Shown in pieces: positions 15,256 to 28,517 of a stretch of 64,000 nt of DNA. This DNA is from Eledone cirrhosa (taxonomy: Eukaryota), in contig OZ024746.1 in the NCBI GenBank assembly GCA_964016885.1, positions 53,196,001 through 53,260,000 of the forward strand, read 5' to 3'. Every line of letters begins with the position of its first letter. Position 1 is the stretch's first letter. The notes beneath the pieces were generated by a model, which was not told the DNA's origin, did no database searches, and was given only the letters and a program-made list of their open reading frames with translations. The translations under genes were made by a program, and so were the position numbers.

Positions 15256-16099
15256 TTCTCAAAATAAATAATATCAAAATGTCATAGATTTGATATTGTG
15301 TGAGAGAATTATGTAAAATAGTGTTTACTGTGAAAATACAATAGTAAATATAGAGTAATGTAAATACAGAGTATGTAAATTCGACTGCACCAACGTGTAT
15401 AAATATATAAAGCACACATCCAGTGAAGCCTCCAGTCCACACTGTAAAGTGGTTGTGTAGGTGTCATGTCAAAAAGTACCCAGTCCATACTAAAGTGGTC
15501 ATATAGATGTCACAGCAAAATGCATCTAGTCCACACTGTAAAGTGATCGTGTAGGTGTCCTGATAAAAACACCCAGTGCTCACTGTAAATGAGGTTGGTG
15601 CTGTAAAAACCAAGCCAAAATCGGTTCTGTATGATCAAGACATGGTCACCTGTGCTAGCATTGCCCACAACTGGACAACTTGTCTAACCCATGCCAGTGT
15701 GAAAAAACGGATGTTAGATGGAAATAATTGTTTCTACTTTTGGCACAAGGCCAGCAATTATCCCAGTACATTAATGGTACTTTATTTTATCGACCCCGTA
15801 AGAATGAAAGGCAAAATTAACCTCGACGGGATTTGAACTCAGACCGTAAAGGGACGTAACTATGCTGCAAAGCATGGTGTTCGACTCTCTACCGATACTG
15901 CCAATCCACATGATGATGAGGATGATCTAATATGTAGGCATGTAAACATGCCAGAAAATATGAATTTCCCTGTAAATTGAAACTTATCAGAAGTATATAT
16001 CATCCAATCAACGAAAAGCTCACTTCTTACTACACATCTTAATTAGTTACCAACATGAGCATGAATTATATGCAAATATGGTGTGAAAAAATATGTTAC

Positions 16100-16146
16100 C
16101 TTCAGACTATGTCTGTTACTCTTCAAAAGCTGGCCGTTAGAGGGAA
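16100..16146 (-). other. msi: 3'UTR part of the stop-containing exon, ending at a predicted donor site
   Basis: CTGAAG|gtaaca donor 47 nt after the TGA; a weaker GAAGA|gtaaca alternative lies about 20 nt closer to the stop. Confidence 0.55.
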
Positions 16147-16188
16147 TCAGTGGTACCCATTGTGGTAACTTGCTGTGATCAGTGGACC
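16147..16188 (-). CDS. msi: Musashi last coding segment GPLITASYHNGYH*
   Basis: ctccactttag|GGT CCA CTG ATC ACA GCA AGT TAC CAC AAT GGG TAC CAC TGA; matches the diagnostic MSI1/2 C-terminus GPLIATAFTNGYH*; phase 0 fits the previous exon. Confidence 0.93.
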   Translation of the reverse strand, partial: GPLITASYHNGYH

Positions 16189-16219
16189 CTAAAGTGGAGC
16201 AGATAAAAAATATTGGCAA

Positions 16220-16539
16220 TTAGTTGTGGTTGTTGGAGTAGGACAATAGTAATAGTTGTAGTAGGGGTGGTGATAGTAGTTGTAGTAGGGGTGGTGATAG
16301 TAGTAGTAGTAGTGGTGGTGATAGTAGTAGTGATGGTGATACTAGTAGGTGGTAATAGTAACAATAGTGGTAGTACTAGTAATTGTGATGGAAGTGGAGA
16401 TAATAATAGTTGTAGTAGGTGTGGTAGTAGTAGTAGTGGTGATGATAGTAATAGTTGTAGTAGAGGTAGTGCTGGTAGTAGTAGTACTAGATGTAGTGGT
16501 GATAGTAGTGATAGTGTTGATGATAGTAGTAGTAGTAGA

Positions 16540-16570
<31 letters not shown>

Positions 16571-16810
16571 CTAGTTGTAGTGGTGGGTGATAGTAGTAGT
16601 CAGAAATGCTCCCGCTGCCTCTGGTAGTGGTGGTAGTAGTACGAATAATAATCATGGTTGTGAGGATAGTAAAGTTGTAGTAGTGATGGTAATAGTAGTA
16701 CTAGTAATAGTGATGGTCGTGGGGATAGTGATAGGGGTGATAGCAGTGATAGTTGTATAGTTCTGGTAGTGATAGTAACAGTGTGCTAATGATGACAGTA
16801 GTGATATTGG
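16220..16810. repeat. (GTA/GTG/GAT)n compound trinucleotide repeat
   Basis: gtagtagtagt-rich tract immediately upstream (in transcript sense) of the last coding exon; a similar tract lies at 9525-9800. Confidence 0.9.
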
Positions 16811-17500
16811 TTATAACTGGGTTATAACCAATAGTTATATAATAGTGAGAGGAAGAAGCATATTTATTTGTTTATCGCTTGCTGACCATGCATACTTATG
16901 ATTAGAAAGATGTGTTCCAGTTAGTAACATTCCTTCTTTTTTGCTTTCTGTCTTGCATTGTGTACCTCGAATTACATTATTCATTTTTTTTAAAGATGAT
17001 AGAGAATAGTTTGCAGAAGATTCTTCACACCAAGAGATGTTTATGCACATTCACATACAGACAGACTGCAATTCATCTCGCTCCAAACACCGATATTTTT
17101 ATTTTCAACACCTTTTTCTGCACCAAACTCCCATCCACACAGATAACGCTCTCATATATATATATATATATATATATGTTGTGTCTACATATGATTTTTT
17201 AAATAGTTGGATTCGATTTAATTTGATTGAAATAGTTAAATAATCATGATCCTAGACTGACATATAGCACATATGATGAAACACATGTCAGTGTTAAGCA
17301 ATAAATGTTATTTCCACTCTTCTGGATTGTGATATTTTAAATAATAATATTGTAAATTTTTCTCTCTCTCTCTCTATATATATATATACATACATACATA
17401 CACACAAACTGGTACACTGACATACATATACATACATGGACACAAAGACATTAAAAAAAACAAAAAAAATGAGACAGAAATAATGGACTGTGCAACTCAC

Positions 17501-17688
17501 TCTATTTGCTGTTATGCTCGGTCCAAAGCCCGAAGGCTGCGGGCTTGTGGCTTGGACATAGCCGAGACTCTCTTGGCCGGAATTGTAAAGTTCGATAGGG
17601 CCGGGACTGTTGGCTGCTGGAAATGCACGTCCATTTGCTGGGGAGGTAGCAGATGGAAAACTTGCCGGAGGAGCAAAGCTGTTTAACA
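17501..17688 (-). CDS. msi: Musashi coding exon (188 nt, phase 1-0) with the conserved C-terminal SP motifs
   Basis: ttttttctgcag|TG TTA AAC...AAT AGA|gtgagt; encodes (V)LNSFAPPASFPSATSPANGRAFPAANSPGPIELYNSGQESLGYVQATSPQPSGFGPSITANR, similar to MSI2 FPAANSPGPVADLYG...YISAASPQPGSGFG. Confidence 0.93.
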
Positions 17689-18796
17689 CTGCAGAAAAAA
17701 GAAAAGATAACAAGAAAAAAAAAATGGCCATTAGATCGAGACAGGTAACCAGTCTGTAGCATGTCTTAAATGTTTGAGATGAAATATTAATACTATAACA
17801 ACATAAAATACATATATGTAGCAGTGGCTTTGAGGATTAATTTAGAAATAAAGGTTTTATTCCAGTAGTTACACATACATATATATTTATACATATATAT
17901 ATATAATTGTTTCTACTTTAGGCACAAGGCCAGCAATTACCCAGTACATTACTGGTACTTTATTTTATCGACCAGGAATATATATGTAGTGTGGAAGTGA
18001 CCATTTCACCTGGCATCTGTGATTGCCCTTGCCTTTACCAGTTGGTCATCAACCTCTCTGCTGCATAAGAAACAATTCATCTTCTTCCTTGAAATCTACA
18101 ATACACAAACCCTTTTTTTCTTCACCAAATTTCCTCATACACCCACACTAATATGACACACCATGACAAAATATTGCCATACATGTATTCACCCTATAAC
18201 ATGATATATATATATATATATATGTGTGTACACAACTCAGAGAACACCACACATACACATACTGAAACCAAATGCACATGCAATCTCCAACATACACATA
18301 CAGAAACATCTTTTCCCTCTCCTCTTTAGGCATTGAAAATACTTTCATCTTACTTCCACTTAATTTCAACATGGCTATAATACATGCAGAATACCATTCT
18401 GTTCTTTTTTTTCTTTCTCTTTTTCTCCTCCATATTGCAAAGAAGGATTTATGTCAGAAACATCACACATTTTTACAAGCATTTATCTAATAGTGTTATA
18501 TTTTATCTTATTCTATTATGTTATTCTTGTATATTCCTTCCTGTATTCACTATTTGTGTGTGATAATATATATGGATGTATACACACACATTATATATAT
18601 ATACACTCACTTACATACATATATCATCATCATCGTTTAACGGAAGATAGACGTTAAACGATGATGATGTTATATGTATGTAAGTGTATCGAACTAGACA
18701 AATTTAGTTTGTGCTAGTACGTTGAACTTTCCCACTCGCTCAATAAATTCACGCATTTTGATTCAGAGTGTACACAGTTATTAGTGGTAAGTTCGG

Positions 18797-18940
<144 letters not shown>

Positions 18941-18947
18941 GTGTGTG

Positions 18948-18988
<41 letters not shown>

Positions 18989-20037
18989 CATATACAATGT
19001 TAAGGTATCAAAACATTATATCTATGACAACCATGTTTCTCATTAAATAAGCTCAATGGACAGTAGTTCAGAGCATAAATATTTCAAGTTTAAAAGATAT
19101 ATTTTTATATAGTGTTTCTCAAATGATATGTGCCTTTCTTTTTCTCTAAATATATCTTTTAAATTATGTATGTGTGTGTGTGATAGGTAGATATATATAT
19201 TATATATATATATTCATTCATTTCATTTTTATGTCCGCTTTTTCCCTGCTTGCAAGAGTGGGGCGGGATCTGATTCTGGCTTGATTTCTACAGATGGATG
19301 CCCCTTCCTAACACCAACCTCATTTACAGTGAGTGCTGGGTGCTTTTTTGCCGTGGCACCTCCACGACCACTTTGCAGTGGAATGATAGGGACCCCAGTC
19401 CCTATCATCTCATTTCTACAGCTGAGTAAACTGGAGCAATGTGAAATAAAGTGTCTTGCTCAAGGAAAGAACACATCACCCGGTCTGAGAATTGAACTCA
19501 CAACCTTTCGATTGCAAGGCCAATGCTCTAACCACTAAGCCATGTGCCTCCATATCATCATCATCATCAACGTTTAACGTCCGCGTTCCACGCTTGCATG
19601 GGTCTGGACGGGGGTAGTCCCACTTGAGGCAAGAGTGATTGTCTTGCTCGCATATATATATATACACAAACATACATATTTCCTGTTTTGCAAAATTCTT
19701 GATGTAAAATTGCATGTTGAAGCAAATACTGTTCTACTTCAGGAGGGTTATGCTGACAATAAAAACTCGTGCATTAATTGCATTTTACTTGAGTTTTACC
19801 CTAAGTTAGGCAATTATCAAGATGGATTAAATAGAACAACATCAAAATGAAGAGGAGATTCAGAGGAACATGAATAGTCATTGAGGATGTTATAGAATGT
19901 GTGATGAAAGAGCTTTGACAATCAAATAACCATCTGGTTACTAAACTAACCAAGGAATGGATTAGTTAGTGAATAATAAAACTCAACTGTTGCATGTGTT
20001 ATTGACAACATGACCCTCTTGAAATATAATTATATAT

Positions 20038-20112
<75 letters not shown>

Positions 20113-20219
20113 GAAAAAATATATGAGTAAAATTTTTTTGTGTAGATAAGTGTACAAACAAAATTCTTCACTTTTCTATACTTCATGTCTAGTATTTGTT
20201 TTTCCTATACACACACACA

Positions 20220-20272
<53 letters not shown>

Positions 20273-20642
20273 TCAATGGTGATGTCACAGTTTTCTAAAC
20301 AAAATTGCACAAAAACAACACTGAGAAATATGACAAGTGAATATAAATTGGCATGCATATACATATGTACACACACATATATATATATATACATACATGG
20401 ATGAGATCTCAAGACTAGTAAGACCATTATCCAACTCAGTACACCATTCTTATGTAGCGGAGATATAGGATGGGTAACCTAATGGTCAAGCTTAATATGT
20501 TTCAATGATGGCCCAATGGCCTTTAAAACATTTTAACTTTGAACATAATAATAATATATATATCAAATTAAAAAACGGAGTTAAAGACTCATATTAATCC
20601 CCTATAATTTAATGAGCTCAAGGAATAAATATGGGTCTCTTT

Positions 20643-20929
20643 ATAAGACAATATATAGATCAAAATACACAAAGCAGTATGTGTTCAATTATAGGTGACA
20701 TGATACCACCAGAGTGAAAATCATAATCTACGAACAGAATGGAAAATACATAAAAATTAAAAGGATAAATTAAAATGTACAGACCATTCGTTTATGCAGT
20801 AAGCATATTTCATTTTAATTTTTATGTTTCCATTCTGTTCATAGATATTATGATTTTCACTCTGGTGGTATTTTATCCCCTATAATTGAACACATGCCTC
20901 TGTGTATTTTCCCCTATATACTGTCTATA
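20643..20929. repeat. Imperfect inverted repeat / MITE-like hairpin
   Basis: About 120-bp arms (tgtgttcaattatagg...ataccaccagagtgaaaatcataat and its reverse complement); a second, smaller hairpin lies at 21203-21322. Confidence 0.85.
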
Positions 20930-23830
20930 TATATATACTTAATACATTAACAGAGAAAGCCATTAGCGATACTCCGACCAACTTCCAACTCACTCAACAA
21001 ACATTAGGAAATACCTAAGTATATTCCCAATTATACGTTTGGGGTGCTAACTATATTGTATTGTGTGGATAATCGGCTGTATTATTTTATATGAGACATA
21101 ATAAAATAAATCTCATTCTCATATATATATGTATTGTGGTAGAACACTGGGAGGTTATATCCATAGTACTCAGGTTATATCCATAGGACTGTTTGGTATA
21201 AAATTAGTTCCATAACAGTTAGCAAACCATCTTTGAGGACACGTGTTTCACCTTGCGGATAAACTCGAGTTGATTATCCGCACGTCCTCGAAAATGGTTT
21301 GTTAACTGTTGTTGAACTAACTTATATATATAATGTGTGTATGACTTCAGTCATTTGGTTCCATGTTTGATCCCATAATTATATGGTATCTTGGGCAAAT
21401 CTTTTCTATTATAGCCTGGGTTGACTAATACCTAGTGAGTGAAATGTGGAAGAAAGAAGCACTGCAGAAGCCCATCATTATTATTTTCAGTAGTTATGGG
21501 GCTGTGTCCATTGCTATTGGAGGCTATCCAGGTGTGAAAACATAAGCATCGCTGATGTAAAAGAAAAAAAAAAAAAAAGTGCAGAAAGGTGGCACTCTTT
21601 CAATGAAGTCCTTTGCAATGTTTGTTCTAAACCAAGTTACAGACACTCCCTTGTCCCTCTCATTATTAGAAATCTGTAGCTCTTGTTAACAAATTGTGAT
21701 GGAGGAATAAAAATACCATGATATGCATTAAGATGTTTTAACTGGAAGCATACATGTTCTGTGTGTATATGTAATTTATTTTATTGCAGTTATGAAGTGA
21801 TACCAGTGAATCAGTATATGTGAACAGATATATATATATATATACATTGCTCCAGTTTATTCAGCTGTAGAAATGAGATGATAGGGACTGGGGTCCCTAT
21901 CATTCCACTGCAAAGTGGTCGTGGAGGTGCCACGGCAAAAAAGCACCCAGCACTCACTGTAAATGAGGTTGGTGTTAGGAAGGGCATCCAGCTGTAGAAA
22001 TCAAGCCAAAATCAGTTCCCGTCCCACCCTTGCAAGCAGGAAAAAGGCGGACGTAAAATGAAATGATGATGAATGATGATACATACACACACAGACCTTT
22101 GGGTGTACAAATAGAAGAAAAGTACTCATTATGTGTATCCAGTTTAGAATATGCACACCACACCTCTGCATGTATTGAGAGTGAATTAAAAGAGTTGATG
22201 CTCAGAAAAGCTTCTAGCTGTAATATACTGCCCCCAAAAGGTCCACATGATAAGTTTGAAGTCTGTTATTGGGCTCACTAGGAAAATCACTTCATTATAT
22301 TCATTGAAATGGTTTCAAACACCCAATGCAGATTGGGTGTTTAGATTCAATTGTCCAAACCTTTCTAGTAAAAATATTTCTTAATTATTTCCAGAGTAAG
22401 ACATGATAAATAGAAAACGAAGTTTCACTTTTGTTTATCTTACGCCAGAATATGAAATATATATTGCAAGTGAGAGGTGAAAATTGCCTCAATTGATCTC
22501 TTACATATTATAATCATTAGCTTCATTCCTTCATTGGAGACTGGGTCTTTGGATTCGTTCATGCTATACACTTGGCAGCAACATGTTTATTTCGCATCTT
22601 AATGCAATAAGTTCAGTTTATTTTGCCATATTTGTTAGCCTATGGTCATCACTGATTAAGCAGACCAATTCTTAAAAGTGCTCTATCCGTGACCATCTGG
22701 TTTTTATTTGGACATCATGTATGAAGTATATTCCGGAATATATTATCCAATGCCTTCTTCCTGACTTTCTTTTCTGGAGGTTGAAATGGAATCAATTTAA
22801 ATTGAGTTTCTCCAATATCCAAAATTGTTGACCTTGTATCTAAATTAGAAACTTTTCTTACTAACAAAGGGAATAAGTCCATAAAGGCTCTTCCATCGGT
22901 TTGTGTCAATATATTGTGTTGTTTGTCTCTAGATCTGTTCTGACTGTAATCCTGTCATCAAGGGTGTTATAGTTGTGACCATCCTATATTTTTGTATATC
23001 AGGGACCAGATTGTTTAATGTATCTTTTGATATCAAACCACCTGTAACTGCTTCTTTTAAAGTGTTTATATAAAAGTATATATATATATATATATATATA
23101 AAGTATTTGTCTAAAAACCTCCACCAAAGAACCTTTGTTAAGTTATATTCCAAACACCAGCTAAAAATTGAAAAATTTAGTTAAATGAGTAAATCCTTCC
23201 AAATTCTTGATTAAATTCAAAATTATTTTATATGATGCAATTAAGAGAATCTAGCTGCTCTAACAGGCCCAGAGACCACATACAGGCTCCCCATGTGTGT
23301 GTTGAAGTGTCATGTGACCATATTATGTGAAGAGCAGTGTGATAGTCAATGAAATTTTCCATCTGAGGATTGCCTGATCAGAAAAAGAAAGTCTTAAAAT
23401 AATTGCCACAATGAAACAGTAATCAATTCTGTGCATTGGATAGAAAGATTTCAGTATATATATATGCTCTGAGTTCAAATCCTGTCACTGTCAACTTCAC
23501 ACTTAATCCTTTTTTGTATCAAAAAATAAAGTGCTTGTCTAATACTGGGATTAATTCTCCCTTTCTCTGCCCTTTTCACATTCTCAGAATCAGCTACACA
23601 ACCAAACCCTGTATGTTTTAGTGGGTCTGTAGTGATAAGTGAAGTGACACAGTTGGAGTACATTGCTGTCACATTTATGAAACAAATACACCCTGCACTG
23701 ACTGAAGTGGGATAAAAACTATGAAAGAAGAGTATGGTTCATTTATCAATAACATTTGAAAGATGAAAGACAAAAATCAATTGTGGCAGGAACTGAACTA
23801 GAATATGAGTTAGAATTATTATTATCTTTA

Positions 23831-24306
23831 CTAGCAGAAAAACCACACTTCGGGTGGTTTTTCTGCTAGCATGTGTAGTGTCTATATTGATATTATATGC
23901 AAGTATATATGCATGTAGATATGATACATCAAATAAAATCGTAATTGACAATATACACAGAAATTGAACGAAGACTGTGTTACACTGTCTTATGTAATCA
24001 GTAACGTAATCCATGATACATTAAAAAAGACGATATTATATATAAACTACATTAGGAGAAAATTAGTGACAGAAATATATGAATATTTATTTAAGCGACC
24101 ATTAACTGGAGGTGTTGACCATTTTAAAGAAGTGAATCTTTATATAAGTAATAAAATATATTTAATGAACAGCCACGAAATTTAGTAGATAAATTATGTA
24201 ATATTTATTCATCATTTATTCAAAGTAATCCAACTTATTTTACTAATGGGATAACAAATTATAAACCGTATGCAGTCCCGCACTCCTTACTTTATTATAG
24301 TTTAGA
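23831..24306 (-). mobile_element. Non-autonomous Helitron, second copy in the opposite orientation
   Basis: Reverse complement of 40984-41439 with the same TC start, terminal hairpin, CTAG end and A|T site; roughly 80-85% similar by eye. Confidence 0.85.
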
Positions 24307-27036
24307 TATCTCTATTTCCATGTTTGCATATGTAGGATGAAACTTGGTGCTTATCCTGGTTTTATAGTTAAGCGACTGAGATTAAATCCTCTCTCCCTGA
24401 GGTGATGTCTCTTGTCCAAAGACCACATTATATAGCTAAGTAGACTCTGGTGAATGATGTGTCTTGTATAAGGACCACAATACTGTGGTAGCTATATTAC
24501 ATACTTAGATACACTGGTAAGCAGGTTGGTGTGTCTTGTCTAAGGTACACAATATAGTGATGGCTATATTCCAAAGCTGTGTGTTATGTTTAAAGGACAA
24601 CACAGATGAATTAATTCAATTGCTTGAATTTCTGAGTATAACAACACTATTATTACTATGTTCCCTTTACCATTTTCATGACAACTTACCTGAAACTACG
24701 TGTAATTTTATAATCCAATACATCTAATTGTAAAAGTTTCATATTCAAATCCAAATTTTTCCATTATAATTTTGAGTAAGAATTTTTTGTTAATATATGT
24801 ATTTATTACAATCTTTATGAAAAGTTTAGTTATTTTTCTAAATTCTTCCAAAATTCATTCTAACATATGGATGATGTATTTCATTCAGGATGCAGCATGG
24901 CCTAATGTTTAAGAAATCTACTTCCCAGTGTTAATATTCTGGGATTGATCCCAATGTATGGTATATTTCAGCAGTTATTTACCTTAGTCTTAATTTAGCT
25001 CAAACCTTGTGGTTGAAATTAGGAGGATAGAAATTGCTTGGAAGATTGTCAGGTGAGCCAAACCTATAATTAAAAAAATCATTCGTCACACATTGTGTCA
25101 TTTTGAATCTCTATGTTAAGGTTACACCTGCCTGTTGAATGCTCGGCCACCTGCATGTTAATTTCATGAGCAAGTGGTTCTGTTAATTGAACCACAGCAA
25201 CACTCATCATTGAAAACAACAAAGGTCCTTTCAGTCATTCATTTGAAATATGGTAACGAAAGGTTGGTGCCTCTGTTGCTAGTACTGGATGTAGATAGTC
25301 CCCCATTTCCTTACCTTTGTTTGTTGGTGGTTATTTGTTCCATATGTGTCCTAAACTCAGAACATTACACACTGGGGTACCATATAAATCCATGTAGCTC
25401 TCTTACTGGAAGAATTGGTAACCATGATGAGCATGTTTGATGCTTGATTTGTCCACAGGTCAGTCATATCTTTGGTGATAGGAGCAGGGTGTAGAAATAA
25501 TGAAATAATCCAGTCATAGCTCAAGGAATTGATTGCTGCTCCATTATAAATTGGTATTTGTTTAATTCTACCCTTCAAGTAAGTCCTTGGACTGGTGGAG
25601 ACCTAAAACTCAGTTTTCAGCAGATTCCAAGTCACCACACAATGGGTGGTGACTAATTATTGGTTCTTAGCTCTATTCCCATAGTCTTATAGGAGATAAG
25701 GGAGAGATATTCCTCCTGGATAGGACAACAATCTATTAAAGATAACAATCCCAGATATTCAGCTGTCTAATGTTTCCTCTTTACCACAGTTTGCTATGTT
25801 AAAGCAACATTGTTGTTTAGCCCCAAGCCAGCCCTGAACAAGCAAGCCTATAATTAAAAGGCTTTCCATCCACGACTGTTATAGTCTTTTATTCAAATGT
25901 AGCTTTCCATGGATTACACTATACGTGTCTTGTGATGAGAGAAATTTGGCTGCTATTTCTAGCAGGCTGAGAAACACTGTAAAGGCTGTCATTGGATATT
26001 TAAACACAACTAAGTGTACTTTCTGCCAGGACCAAATTAAGACCTCTAGGGACCCTCTGCACTGAAAAAACTGGGGCATTTCTTTTAAAGGCCCTGGCTC
26101 AGTTGCAATATTGCACCATGGTCCATTGTAAATTTGGCACTGGAAAAAAAATTATGGAGCTCCTCTTTACTTAAGACCTGAAACATTTGCTTATTTTGCT
26201 TAATTCAACGCCTTACTGCATAAATATACAATAAATCTATGCAGTGGATTAAACCCAAAGTACTATGGTTTGACAGTCCTATCCTGTAGACTCTTAGCTA
26301 TCTCACATCAACACCGATCCAAACCATGCCAACAAAGAAAGTGGACATATAATGATATATTCCCCTCTATTCCATATTCCCAAATTAGAAACCCTAAATG
26401 GTTTGTCATTTATATATTATATTTTCCATGCTGGCATAGATTGACTGGGTCATTATGAACTGAGTCTAGATGAGTCAGGAAACTGTGGGTTACTTAAATT
26501 CCAGTCACTGAGTTCATTTTATCATAACAATGGTAATACCGGTAAAATTCCATTATAACAAATTTTTCAGTATAATGAAGTTTTTTCAATCCCCGAGTTA
26601 ACAACAAACAAACGCTCAATTTGTTTCAACAAATTTTTTCATAATCCGTGAATTTCGTTTTAATGGAATTTCACTCTATCACTTCACAGAGTGTACTGGA
26701 TGCATTTTATGGCACCACCCTTACAACTTTGCAGTGAGTGTTGAGTGCATTATATTGTGACACCAGCACTATTTCTTATATTAACTATTTTTCACTGAAA
26801 TCCACTACTGATGTGTTTCTTTTTTAAGATTTTGGACAGAGTATTTCATAGTAAGTATCAAATCTAACCTATCTTATCAATGATCTGAGAATGTTATCTA
26901 AAGTATACAAGCTGTCTGTACCAGGGAATATTCATCTCTTATGTCATTAATGTGTTAATCAAAAGCTAATTATCTGGTCGATATATATATTTATATATAC
27001 ACACACGTATATATTCATGTAAATGTATATACACTC

Positions 27037-27078
<42 letters not shown>

Positions 27079-28063
27079 TCATATATATATATATATTTGT
27101 CATTTCAAACTTTGAAAACGGACTCAATCTCTTAAATGCCTCTGCTACTCACCTGTTATTTCTAACAAGAATCCATACAGCATCACTGAGACTTATATAC
27201 TAGTTGTACACCAGTTATATACCAATTCAGTTATTTCAACATTTCTGTGTTCAATTCCACTTTAATCCATTCTGTTTGCTTGATAAACCAAATACCAATG
27301 ATACACTCTGGACCATTTGACAGGAAGATGTCAAATTCAGTTAACAGAACACTTCTTCAATCAACTCTTTCATGTATCAAACTCACAGAATCGTTTTAAC
27401 CCTTTAGCATTTATACCAGAATTCTCTCTTCTTTTTGTTCAAATTGGCCATAACCAGCAGCTCATACTGACATTAAGGTATTGTTCTCAAAATAAATAAT
27501 ATCAAAATCTTGTAGATTGGATATTATGTAAGATAATTATGTGAAATAAAGCCTTTACCATGAAAATACAATAGTAACTATAGAGTAATGTAAATGGTAA
27601 AGGGTTAATACCATATAGTATTTTTACTGTCTATTTACTTTCTAGCTGTCTCGTGTCATTTGCTCAATAAACCAGAGGAGCCTTTGATAGAGAGTTCAAC
27701 TATAACCCTCTTCCATCTACTGCAGTGTCACACTCATAATCCTTTTTAATACCATATAGGGTTTACTTCCATCTATTTACCTTGTGGGTTTCAGGTTGCC
27801 TTGCTTCCTTCTAGTGTCAATAAACTAAATACTTGTTAAATACTGGTAATACACTCAACTATAACCATCATTTGTTAGAAAACATTATACTGTTAATGCA
27901 CTACAGAGCAGAAATATATCTACAAAAGGGCTCTATTACGGGGGGGGGGGGGGGGGGGGGCACGGTTTTCTTTTTGTTTAACTTATATAAACAGACAAGA
28001 TTATTTTGTTGCTGCCTGCCTCTCTCTTTTTCTCTTCAAACCTTTAAAGACCCTTTGGTGATC

Positions 28064-28517
28064 ATTGATGAAGAATTTGGAGGGATTTTATAGACCTATT
28101 AAATTGTTATTTGTAACATACAAATAACAATTTAATAGGTCTATAAAATCCCTCCAAATTCTTCATCAATCTTTTTTTTTCTGAAGTAAACAAAAAGAAA
28201 GTAGAAGAAACCCAATATGTTTAACTCTTTTGATACCAATGTACCCCCAAACCACCTCTGTTTTTATAAAACAAAATCACCAATTTTAAATGGTTCCTAT
28301 TTAAATGAAAACTTTCCAATATAATTTTATATAACATACCAAAAGACTTATATAAAATTATATTGGAAAGTTTTCATTTAAATAGGAACCATTTAAAATT
28401 GGTGATTTTGTTTTATAAAAACAGAGGTGGTTTGGGGTACATTGGTATCAAAAGAGTTAAAGATATTGGGTTTCTTCTACTTTCTTTTTGTTTACTTCAG
28501 AAAAAAAAAAGATTGAT
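28064..28517. repeat. Two adjacent near-perfect fold-back palindromes
   Basis: 28064-28170 has 52-bp arms and a 3-nt loop; 28165-28517 has about 170-bp arms, a 13-nt loop and about three differences. Confidence 0.95.

Noticed and set aside
16179-16655. Ser/Gly-, Val- and Leu/Thr-rich ORFs on both strands
   Set aside because: Open frames arise from a trinucleotide repeat that lies in a musashi intron.
17483-17686. Plus-strand 67-aa ORF overlapping the musashi exon
   Set aside because: Antisense shadow of a GC-rich coding exon; no independent support.
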